A DNA stretch of 64,000 nucleotides. It comes from a virus (Duplodnaviria; Caudoviricetes). Positions 38,773 through 47,207 of the stretch are shown in pieces; the stretch's first letter is position 1; the number at the start of each line of letters is the position of its first letter. The stretch is taken from IMG/VR virus record IMGVR_UViG_3300007083_000004, positions 128,001 to 192,000 of that record; one strand, given 5' to 3'. The notes beneath the pieces were generated by a model. That model was not told where the DNA came from. It ran no database searches and was given only the letters and a program-made list of their open reading frames with translations. Made by a program: the position numbers and the translations under genes.

Positions 38773-39330
38773 ATGATGGCTAAGCAAAAAACTAGGAAAA
38801 AAAATAAACCTACTAACATGAGGAGTGATAACGCTGCTAGATGTTGGTTTGAGCTAAAGAATGTTCATAAGAGAAGTTCCAAATATCTCTTTGATACAGC
38901 CAGTCTTTTTTCACAATATTCTCATCCTGTAGTATTAAAAAAGATAGCAAAGAATGGTGATGATGTAAAATTTAATAATTTACAATTACAGGTAAGAAGT
39001 GAATTAAAACCTCTTACCGTTAAGTTCTCAGAATTATGGAATAGGCATAAGGATAAAAATAGATTATGTCATAATTATACAGAACTGGCAGAAGCTTTCG
39101 CTCTATTTGAAGAATATCAAAAATTTGATATGCAATGTTTCGATACATTTCATCCAATAGTTACTGAATTAAATGTTATATTTAATAAAGCTTTAAAAGA
39201 ATTATTGGAAAATGGTGAAATACAAAATGATCCCAATGTTAATGTTGTTACCGATCTAGAATTTAAAGAAACGCCATTACCTTCAGTTACAGATGAAGAG
39301 GTAAGTAATTTACAAGAGGTAAATAAATAA
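38773..39330 (+). CDS. Hypothetical protein
   Basis: AAGG SD; TAATG coupling to the next gene. Confidence 0.75.
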   Translation: MMAKQKTRKKNKPTNMRSDNAARCWFELKNVHKRSSKYLFDTASLFSQYSHPVVLKKIAKNGDDVKFNNLQLQVRSELKPLTVKFSELWNRHKDKNRLCHNYTELAEAFALFEEYQKFDMQCFDTFHPIVTELNVIFNKALKELLENGEIQNDPNVNVVTDLEFKETPLPSVTDEEVSNLQEVNK

Positions 39331-40859
39331 TGACTATTGCACCTGAAGATATGACAGAGAACAATAAAACCGATAAAGATGAAGTGGAATTGACTATAAA
39401 TGAAGAATCATTAGAATCTACCAATAATAAAAAAAGTAAGTTAATTCAAAAAAAGAATTATGAAACAAATACTCCATTAGTAACTGATGGAGAAAAGGAT
39501 GAGTTGCTGAAAAAATATGATAATATTTCTATTTCAGCTCTCCCAGATTCGGTATCTAAAGTAAATGATGATATTGAGAGTACTAAAGAACAAATAGATA
39601 TTACCGAAGAATCTAGAGATTGGTTTGCTACTCTTTTAAATGGATTTAGAAGTCATCCTGCAAATGGGATGTTTGAGAATGCATTATCCTCAAGCGATAG
39701 TGAATGGAGAAATGTTTTAACCCATAATGGACAAAACATAAATATTGGTAGGCCAAAGTTTTCCAACAAAGGTAAATCTTCTAAATTAACTTCTGAAAGA
39801 TTAACCTTATCCATTAGAGCTAGATTGGGTTTAGGCTCTCCCATTCAAATCCCATTACCTGCTTCCGGTTTTTATGTTACTATAAAACCTTTAGGTGAGG
39901 ATGAGATAATTGCATTGTGGAGAGAAATCATAGCCGAGACTGTAAAACTGGGTAGAGTTACTCACGGTTTGATATTTAGCAATAATCAATCCTTAGCAGC
40001 TAAGGCTGTATGTGAAGCCTGGAGGAGATCTATATTCGAAACAACGGTTCATGACATGAATCTGGATAATATCTTCGAATATATTAAAATAAATGATCTA
40101 CCGGTTATAGCTCAATCGTTAGCCACTTCCATTTATCCTAATGGTTTTCCTTTAACCAGGGCTGTATTTACTGAAGATACCAATACTCCTAAAGAAGAAA
40201 TTAGTCAGGTAATTGATATTCGAAAATGTTTGTTTATGAATAATAAGGCATTTAGCGATAGTCAGTTAGAGCATATGACTAAAAGAATAGAACAACCCAT
40301 GAGCTTAAAATCAATTAAAGCCTATACTGAAGATTTTAAATTCAATCAAAATTCTGTCATAGATATCAGTGATGATATTAAATTGCATTTACATACTCCG
40401 TCATTAAAAGATTATTTTGATTCTGGAGAGAAATGGATTAATGATATCAATACCACCGTATCAGAAGCTTTAGGGGCAGAACCTAAAGAAAATGAAAGAT
40501 TAAGATATATTAGTCAGTTGGCTTTATCTACCAGATTGAGACAATTTTCTCATTATGTAAAGGCGGTAGAAGAAGATGGTGAATTATATTCTACTCGTGA
40601 AAACATTGATAAAGTATTAATTGCTTTATCTACATCTGAAGAAATATCCAAGAAGTTTTATTCTTCAATTTCAGATTACATAAATAATACGCAAGTAGCA
40701 ATTGTAGCTACAACGAGCGTGAATGAATACGAAGATGTGCTAACTGGTAATAAATGGCCTAGACTAATAGCCATGGACGCGGTATCGGTTTTTTTTCAAT
40801 TGGTCGAGCAGAAGTTGCTTGGGATCACATCCAGGGTACTGGAGGACACGTCGGATTAG
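39330..40859 (+). CDS. Conserved protein (probably phiKZ gp77-like); candidate tail/baseplate assembly chaperone with a slippery 3' end
   Basis: 'LPASGFYVTIKPL' resembles T4 gp26-type chaperone motifs; T8 slippery run at 40789-40796. Confidence 0.55.
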   Translation: MTIAPEDMTENNKTDKDEVELTINEESLESTNNKKSKLIQKKNYETNTPLVTDGEKDELLKKYDNISISALPDSVSKVNDDIESTKEQIDITEESRDWFATLLNGFRSHPANGMFENALSSSDSEWRNVLTHNGQNINIGRPKFSNKGKSSKLTSERLTLSIRARLGLGSPIQIPLPASGFYVTIKPLGEDEIIALWREIIAETVKLGRVTHGLIFSNNQSLAAKAVCEAWRRSIFETTVHDMNLDNIFEYIKINDLPVIAQSLATSIYPNGFPLTRAVFTEDTNTPKEEISQVIDIRKCLFMNNKAFSDSQLEHMTKRIEQPMSLKSIKAYTEDFKFNQNSVIDISDDIKLHLHTPSLKDYFDSGEKWINDINTTVSEALGAEPKENERLRYISQLALSTRLRQFSHYVKAVEEDGELYSTRENIDKVLIALSTSEEISKKFYSSISDYINNTQVAIVATTSVNEYEDVLTGNKWPRLIAMDAVSVFFQLVEQKLLGITSRVLEDTSD

Positions 40860-41278
40860 AAGCAGAAATGATTCGATCCGAAGCCAGGGAGATATTACCT
40901 GTAAATTACGTATTAAATTCTATTAAAGATGTATATCTACCACATCCAATAGATGCTAAAATCTTTATGGATATGCAATATGATAATTACATGGATATTT
41001 GGGATCATAATGGTCCCGATAAAAAAGATACTCCTTGGCCGCTACTGCTCGTATCTCCAAAAGAAGATTTAGCCAGAGTTGATCCACTGGACTTTAGATT
41101 AGATCAATATGTAGAAAATAAGGTATATGAATTATTTGGCATACCTTTTCATGAATTGATTCAATTTCCTAGAAGGGATTTTTTAAAAGTAATTAATTCT
41201 GCCAAGAAGCATTCTGCCAGATCCATAGATATTGGTTCATCGGAATTAAAGAAATTAGAGAAAACTCTGAAAGGTTAA
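40790..41278 (+). CDS. -1 frame extension (includes the 40868..41278 ORF); candidate 'GT'-type chaperone domain
   Basis: The -1 frame is open from 40763 to 41278. 'FGIPFHELIQFPR' resembles the small helical motif of tail-chaperone extensions. No good SD at ATG 40868. Confidence 0.55.
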   Translation, partial: FFSIGRAEVAWDHIQGTGGHVGLEAEMIRSEAREILPVNYVLNSIKDVYLPHPIDAKIFMDMQYDNYMDIWDHNGPDKKDTPWPLLLVSPKEDLARVDPLDFRLDQYVENKVYELFGIPFHELIQFPRRDFLKVINSAKKHSARSIDIGSSELKKLEKTLKG

Positions 41279-41304
41279 TATAAATTATAAACTCTATATA
41301 TCTA

Positions 41305-41320
41305 TATATTATTTTATTGA
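41305..41320 (+). promoter_or_regulatory. Early-promoter-like motif
   Basis: TATATTAT-tttatTG. Confidence 0.45.
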
Positions 41321-41377
41321 GCTAGCTTTACTCATCCCTTAACTCAAACAAAAAAGGAGCATGACGTTTAAATAAAG

Positions 41378-42028
41378 GTGATTATTATGAAACTAATGAA
41401 ACAGAAAGATATAAACAAAATCAGATTTAAATCCATTATAAATGAAAATCTTTTATATGGAAAATTTGATTGCCACAACACTCCAACGCTAACCACTAAT
41501 ACAATCGACCTGCGAAACAAAATCGATGATTTTGTAGCCAATGGTCAACAGGAAAATATTGTAAACTTATTTGTTGGATGTAATACAATTCCGTTTTTTA
41601 TTGGTGACTGGAACTTGAAAACCAATATAAAGGAAATCGATAAGCATGTAATAAATAAAGTTGTGATAGCTTTACCTAAATCCACTAGAGCATCTCAGTT
41701 ATTTGAAAAAGGATGTAAGGTAAAGCTAAAACAACGTGGTTTTTCTGATCAAGAAATCGATATTTATTACAAACTGGCTTGGAAAAAGAAGTATGTTTGG
41801 TTAGATTCCGTTATTAAGTGTATTGCCGATATTTTAAAGAAGAAAATGTCATCTGAAGTAATCGGTAATATCATGGAGCAGGAGGATTCCAGACATTTTT
41901 GTATGAATTTAGGTATACCCGATAATCCCTATATTTGTACAGAGAGTCAGTTTGAAACAGTTCTTCGAATGGCGTTAGACATTTCTTTGGAGAAAGAAAA
42001 TTTGAAATTCGGCAAATGTAGTTTATAA
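41378..42028 (+). CDS. Hypothetical protein
   Basis: 216-aa ORF; start uncertain (GTG 41378 or ATG 41387). Confidence 0.7.
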   Translation: MIIMKLMKQKDINKIRFKSIINENLLYGKFDCHNTPTLTTNTIDLRNKIDDFVANGQQENIVNLFVGCNTIPFFIGDWNLKTNIKEIDKHVINKVVIALPKSTRASQLFEKGCKVKLKQRGFSDQEIDIYYKLAWKKKYVWLDSVIKCIADILKKKMSSEVIGNIMEQEDSRHFCMNLGIPDNPYICTESQFETVLRMALDISLEKENLKFGKCSL

Positions 42029-42035
42029 CATATTT

Positions 42036-42073
42036 ATATATAGCTAGATGGCTAATGCCATCTAGCTATATAT
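42036..42073. terminator. Bidirectional terminator-like inverted repeat
   Basis: 17-bp arms, 4-nt loop, convergent genes. Confidence 0.8.
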
Positions 42074-42074
42074 T

Positions 42075-43787
42075 TTATTTTTTGTCGTAAATATTACATA
42101 ATTCAGTCAATGTAGGTAAACCAAATATATTACAAGTAAATTCTATTGCGTTAGTTTTACCGCCACTTAAATTTAATCCTTGGGTTCTTTTTACTTCCTC
42201 ACTAATGCCATCGATTTCTATAATTTCTTTTTTTGTAGTATTTCTGGATATGTTAAATGTGTACTGAGTTGTAGGGTATGAAGAAACTATATCCAAGTCT
42301 GCCGCATGTACATAAAAGTTGCTTTGCAATCCTTTAAAATCTTCAAATATATGTAACCCATTATCTATAGTCAAATGAGGCTCTAATGTGACGATATGGC
42401 CTTTAGAATCAATTGTTAATTGATCGTATTCTTGTTTGATATTATCAGCTACAGTTCCTGTAACACTATTGTGTTTATGATAGATAAAGTAATGGAATTT
42501 ATGGATATATCTTTTAGGTTCAGAATTAAAAAACGAAAAATCTGATATGTCTACAACAGCAGGTAAAGTATAGTCCATATCCTTAGTTTTATCATTCATG
42601 ACTTTCATGCATAATACATCCCAAATATGATATATAATGTATTGACCAGGATATTTCCTTTGCATATGAATATGAAATTCCATGCCGTTTAGGTTTTCTG
42701 CTGGTTCATATTTTAATTTACCTAATCCATTTAATTCTTTTTTTAAAATATTATCTAAAGAATAAGATTTATCTAATTGTTTAGATTTACGTATAAACCT
42801 ATACGTAGCCATTTGATCTATAAAGTAAAACGAGCTAGGACATGTAAGCGTATGCCATTGATCAGCCGGTATCTTTGTTATTTGTCTACCAGAAGCGGTT
42901 ACTTTAGCCGGCTTATCTTTCTTTAAATTAATAAATCGAAATGGCCTAGGTAACTGCGGATCACAAAAATAATCACCGGCATCTAGATTAGCTTCATCAA
43001 ATACAGATAACATTTTCTCCAAATCAAATAACATGTTCCAAAAAGATATAAAATCTGGTTTTATTTCATGACATTTTTCCAATATCATCTTAACTATCTG
43101 TAATGGGCTATCGGCATAATCTATAATCCACTTTGTTACTATATCCTTACCTTCTTGAGGTAAATAATCGTCATACATTTCCTTTAATGTCTTATTTACC
43201 TCTGGTATGATTGATACAAAATCCTTTAGAATTACTGTATATAATAAACCATTAAAGTATATAGATTGCATGATAATTGGTTTACTATTACCATATTTGC
43301 CTAACACATCCGTTTCAGTATCTGAATAACAAATAGAAAAAGGCGTTATTGGTCTATTCTTTAATTTCCTTTTATACAATTCTTTTATTTGTATAGTAGA
43401 TGGTATATCTAGACCATACAAATATGGTGATTGTTTTAACTGTTGGTGTCTATTTGCCAATCTATATTGATCTAAATCTTTAGCTACGTTTAAATATAAA
43501 TCAGATTCTATTGATTCCCTTTCTATTAGGTTATCTAAAGATTCATATTCTTTTTTTTGTTTATATGTACGGTATTTGGGTTTGGTAATCCAATATTTAC
43601 GTTTAAAATCTTTTATATATCTAACATGAGGTACTATATCACCATTTTTTAAATGAATAGCTTCCTTTATTAAATGTAAATCATCGGTATTATCAGTTTT
43701 TGGAATATGTATCACAAATCTACATTCAATATAGTCTATTTCAGACTTATTATATTTAGGTTTCATGAATGAATATTTATCGTCCAT
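42075..43787 (-). CDS. DNA polymerase B N-terminal part: 3'-5' exonuclease plus motif A (phiKZ gp82-like)
   Basis: DTETD (ExoI), FWNMLFD (ExoII), YSLD, YHIWD (ExoIII) and DLDIVSSYP (Pol motif A). Confidence 0.88.
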   Translation of the reverse strand: MDDKYSFMKPKYNKSEIDYIECRFVIHIPKTDNTDDLHLIKEAIHLKNGDIVPHVRYIKDFKRKYWITKPKYRTYKQKKEYESLDNLIERESIESDLYLNVAKDLDQYRLANRHQQLKQSPYLYGLDIPSTIQIKELYKRKLKNRPITPFSICYSDTETDVLGKYGNSKPIIMQSIYFNGLLYTVILKDFVSIIPEVNKTLKEMYDDYLPQEGKDIVTKWIIDYADSPLQIVKMILEKCHEIKPDFISFWNMLFDLEKMLSVFDEANLDAGDYFCDPQLPRPFRFINLKKDKPAKVTASGRQITKIPADQWHTLTCPSSFYFIDQMATYRFIRKSKQLDKSYSLDNILKKELNGLGKLKYEPAENLNGMEFHIHMQRKYPGQYIIYHIWDVLCMKVMNDKTKDMDYTLPAVVDISDFSFFNSEPKRYIHKFHYFIYHKHNSVTGTVADNIKQEYDQLTIDSKGHIVTLEPHLTIDNGLHIFEDFKGLQSNFYVHAADLDIVSSYPTTQYTFNISRNTTKKEIIEIDGISEEVKRTQGLNLSGGKTNAIEFTCNIFGLPTLTELCNIYDKK

Positions 43788-43861
43788 TTACTCGATTTCC
43801 TTTTTTAACTATCTAAACCACAGAATAATTGTTTTTGGTTTTAATTTATAGAGAAATAAAT

Positions 43862-45169
43862 ATGATCAACAATCCCATTAAGCAGTCTTTGGAAGGTATT
43901 AATTTTCAATCTGGAATATTCCATAAAGCTCTAACAAAAATACTGGAAGATTTTATTGAGGAAAAATCTTATACTAAATTAGATTCTAAAATGATAGAAT
44001 CATTGGAAATGAATATAACCAAGTGCATTAAGATTCATACCAATATGAATATTGATGTAAATATAAATGAATATCTACCTTGTGTAGAATCACCTAAAGT
44101 AGATAAAAACAATCCCATGATAGAAGGTTATAATTGGGATGGATTAGGTAATAAAACTAGTCTAAGTGATATTAGAAATAATTCAGAAAAACAGATAAAA
44201 GGTTTATTGGATAAAGATAAATCCAGAGTTTCTGGTTATTTTGCCAATATGAAACCAATAAATATGTATGTGAATGTTTTAATGGTGGATGAAATGATTA
44301 GCGAAAATGAGGCTAAATCTAAACCTAAAACATTCAAAATGACAACTAAAGAAATGGCCGCTATTATTTTACATGAAGTCGGTCATACATGGACTTATTT
44401 TGAATTCTTATGCAGATTCAGGACGACCAATCAGATATTGGTTGCTACACTAAGAGAGTTAGAGGGTAGTGAGGATCACGATAAGAGAGAATATATTATA
44501 AAAGAAGCTAAGAATGCATTGGAATTAAAAAATCTGGAAATAGGTGATTTACATACTAAATCTAATACCACCGTATTTAGTCTTTTAGTGTCAAATATAG
44601 CTAGAAAAAATATATCTCAATCTGGTGTAGATGGTTATGATATAAATTCATTTGAAGCCTTAGCAGATCAATTTGCAACTAGACATGGCGCTGGTAGATA
44701 CTTGGTAACTGGATTGGATAAAATGATTAAGAGGTTTGGCGGTAGGATTTCTAATAGAAATATGTTTTCATATCTCTTTATAGAAGCCTTAAAAATCTCA
44801 CTAATACCACTTACAGCGATATTTCCTTATTCGATAATTCTATTACTGATAACTATTAGTATTGATTCATATCACGATTGGTATGATAAAGACGGTTATA
44901 GATTCAAGCGAGTTAGAAATCAATTAATTGAACAATTAAAAGATTCCATATTACCTAAAGAAGTATCAGAAACAATAAGAGAAGACATAAATTATATTGA
45001 AAGTATAAGTAATGGTTATAAAGACCGAGTTCAGCTATTTGGTCTAATCTATGATTACTTGATTCCTAAAGGAATAGATAAAAGGAAACAAATAGATTTT
45101 CAACAAAAAATTGAAGAATTGAGTTCCAATAAGTTATTTTATTTTGCCAATCAAATCAAGCATTCTTAA
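43862..45169 (+). CDS. Virion protein with a zincin-like metallopeptidase motif (phiKZ gp84-like)
   Basis: ILHEVGH (HExxH), EALADQFA, one hydrophobic segment, N-terminal SLE cleavage motif. Confidence 0.75.
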   Translation: MINNPIKQSLEGINFQSGIFHKALTKILEDFIEEKSYTKLDSKMIESLEMNITKCIKIHTNMNIDVNINEYLPCVESPKVDKNNPMIEGYNWDGLGNKTSLSDIRNNSEKQIKGLLDKDKSRVSGYFANMKPINMYVNVLMVDEMISENEAKSKPKTFKMTTKEMAAIILHEVGHTWTYFEFLCRFRTTNQILVATLRELEGSEDHDKREYIIKEAKNALELKNLEIGDLHTKSNTTVFSLLVSNIARKNISQSGVDGYDINSFEALADQFATRHGAGRYLVTGLDKMIKRFGGRISNRNMFSYLFIEALKISLIPLTAIFPYSIILLLITISIDSYHDWYDKDGYRFKRVRNQLIEQLKDSILPKEVSETIREDINYIESISNGYKDRVQLFGLIYDYLIPKGIDKRKQIDFQQKIEELSSNKLFYFANQIKHS

Positions 45170-45178
45170 GGATATACC

Positions 45179-45652
45179 ATGCAAAACCAGTTGATTCAAT
45201 CATATATTGAAAAGTTTAATGAAAAAGTAAAAGATACAAAAACCAGAGCAGAAGTTTTGCCGATAATTATAGGGGTAGCTTTAGGTAGTTTTACTAAAGC
45301 AAATACGGACGAACAGTTAAATGATAAAACTGTTTATAATGATTTATATGCTGCAAATTTGGCCAGGATCGTTTCATTTATTAACGAGCATACTGTTTTA
45401 GATGTTAATAAGACTTTAGGTATTGCAGCTTTAATGCATGAATATAGATCTAAATTGACTAAAGGAGTTCCTGCTATATATTCATTAACTCCTGGTTATT
45501 CTTTTGTACAAGCCGCTTTTGGTGCCCCTTTTATTTTTACTAAGGAAGACTTGGAATCATTGGAGAAGTTGGGTGATAATAGTCAAAACCTATTACAAAA
45601 CGCATTATTACTAATCTCTAAATTAAGAGAAAATGGTACTATTAAGATTTAG
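45179..45652 (+). CDS. Hypothetical, probably virion protein
   Basis: AAGGA SD; located in the structural cluster. Confidence 0.65.
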   Translation: MQNQLIQSYIEKFNEKVKDTKTRAEVLPIIIGVALGSFTKANTDEQLNDKTVYNDLYAANLARIVSFINEHTVLDVNKTLGIAALMHEYRSKLTKGVPAIYSLTPGYSFVQAAFGAPFIFTKEDLESLEKLGDNSQNLLQNALLLISKLRENGTIKI

Positions 45653-45660
45653 GTTTTAAT

Positions 45661-47160
45661 ATGAATAATAATCTTTTTATTGATTTAAAAGAAGAAGATG
45701 ATGATTTTGAAAAAGCATTAAGTAACGTAGTCAATGGTGAAAGTAATAGCGGGTTTGAATTAAAAGACGAAATGCTGCTGGAATCAGAATCTTTAGCTAA
45801 CCAATTTCCACAAATGAATTCTGATATATTTGTAGCTGTGGAAAATTACATTCATCGTTTAATTGAGTTAGATGATAGAATTAAAGTTAAAGGTATTAGT
45901 AGAGGAATTTCTTATGAATTACTTGAATTGATTCCATCGCTAGAAAATATCATAAAGCCCCATTATTTTACTGAAACTCCCACTAATGTAAATATAGAAA
46001 TTAGTAATGAATCCATATCCAGATATGTATGGACGATGATAGCTGCTGCATCATCTTTTTTATTATCTATTTTATTAAAAATCATACAAAAAAGAAATAC
46101 TGATAAGTTCAATGAAAATGTAGCTAAAAACTTTAAAGAATATTTAACCAATAATACTAAAGTTTTAATTACTGTAAGAGATAAATTAGAAGGAATGGAA
46201 AATTTACTCTTAACGTTTAAATTTCCATCTGAAATAGATAAAGATGAAGCCCAACATTTTAGAATTCCTAATCAGATAAAAGAAGAAATTTTAAGAGGTA
46301 AAAAAGAATGTTCCGTTAAAGCCGGTGATTTAATATTTTCTTTTGATAGTAGAAACAATTTAAATTCACTTTTAAATATTGACAGTAAAACAAAAACCGT
46401 ATACTTAAAAGACAGTAAAGCATATAGAATCTTTTTAGATTCAATAAATTCAATGAAAGAAAATTCTGATGAATTGCAAAAAAGAGCAGAATCATTAGAG
46501 AAGATATTTGATTATTTAGATACCAGAAAAGTTATAGACGTTTTAAAAGAAAGAAAGTTAAATCTAAATGAAGAGTATTTAAATAAACCCATATATGTTG
46601 GATCTAATATATTTAAATCGTTTTTAGATTGGCACGATTATTTAATTCAAGAAAGTAAATCTTTAAATAACGTCGATATGAAAGTCAATAACTTAAGAGA
46701 GTTAATGATTTTACATATAGAAGCCATGGAACGTATGTCAGATAAAGATTACGCTGATTTAGATTCATTTATCCAAGACATGAAGGACATTTTTGTTATT
46801 CTTGAGAAAATACATAGACAGGCAAACTTGCGTAAAAAACAATCTGACGAAACAGGTATGACGGATTACGAAAAAGATTTAGCTAGAGAATTATTTGCTA
46901 GATTTAAATATATAAAAGCCGATGTTGATAGTGTAATTGGCATTAAACATTTCATAGATTCTTGTTTTGCATCTATGTTTGAAACAGGTAAGAAATTATC
47001 AAGACAATTAGTAATTAATACCGAATTCGTAACAACGGCTTTAGAAAAATTTAATAAAGAACAGTTAGACGAGTTTAGAAAACTGTCCAATGAACTAAGG
47101 GAAGATCTTAAGATATATAAAATAGATTCAGGTGGTATTTTCGGTAATATAATTAAATAG
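45661..47160 (+). CDS. Putative processed head protein
   Basis: Acidic N-terminus, SLE/SNE motifs followed by a hydrophobic helix. Confidence 0.6.
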   Translation: MNNNLFIDLKEEDDDFEKALSNVVNGESNSGFELKDEMLLESESLANQFPQMNSDIFVAVENYIHRLIELDDRIKVKGISRGISYELLELIPSLENIIKPHYFTETPTNVNIEISNESISRYVWTMIAAASSFLLSILLKIIQKRNTDKFNENVAKNFKEYLTNNTKVLITVRDKLEGMENLLLTFKFPSEIDKDEAQHFRIPNQIKEEILRGKKECSVKAGDLIFSFDSRNNLNSLLNIDSKTKTVYLKDSKAYRIFLDSINSMKENSDELQKRAESLEKIFDYLDTRKVIDVLKERKLNLNEEYLNKPIYVGSNIFKSFLDWHDYLIQESKSLNNVDMKVNNLRELMILHIEAMERMSDKDYADLDSFIQDMKDIFVILEKIHRQANLRKKQSDETGMTDYEKDLARELFARFKYIKADVDSVIGIKHFIDSCFASMFETGKKLSRQLVINTEFVTTALEKFNKEQLDEFRKLSNELREDLKIYKIDSGGIFGNIIK

Positions 47161-47163
47161 ATT

Positions 47164-47205
47164 TATTAGATACCTGAGTGGGACATCCCACTCAGGTATC
47201 TAATA
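47164..47205. terminator. Bidirectional terminator-like inverted repeat
   Basis: 20-bp arms, 2-nt spacer, convergent genes. Confidence 0.8.
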
Positions 47206-47207
47206 GT

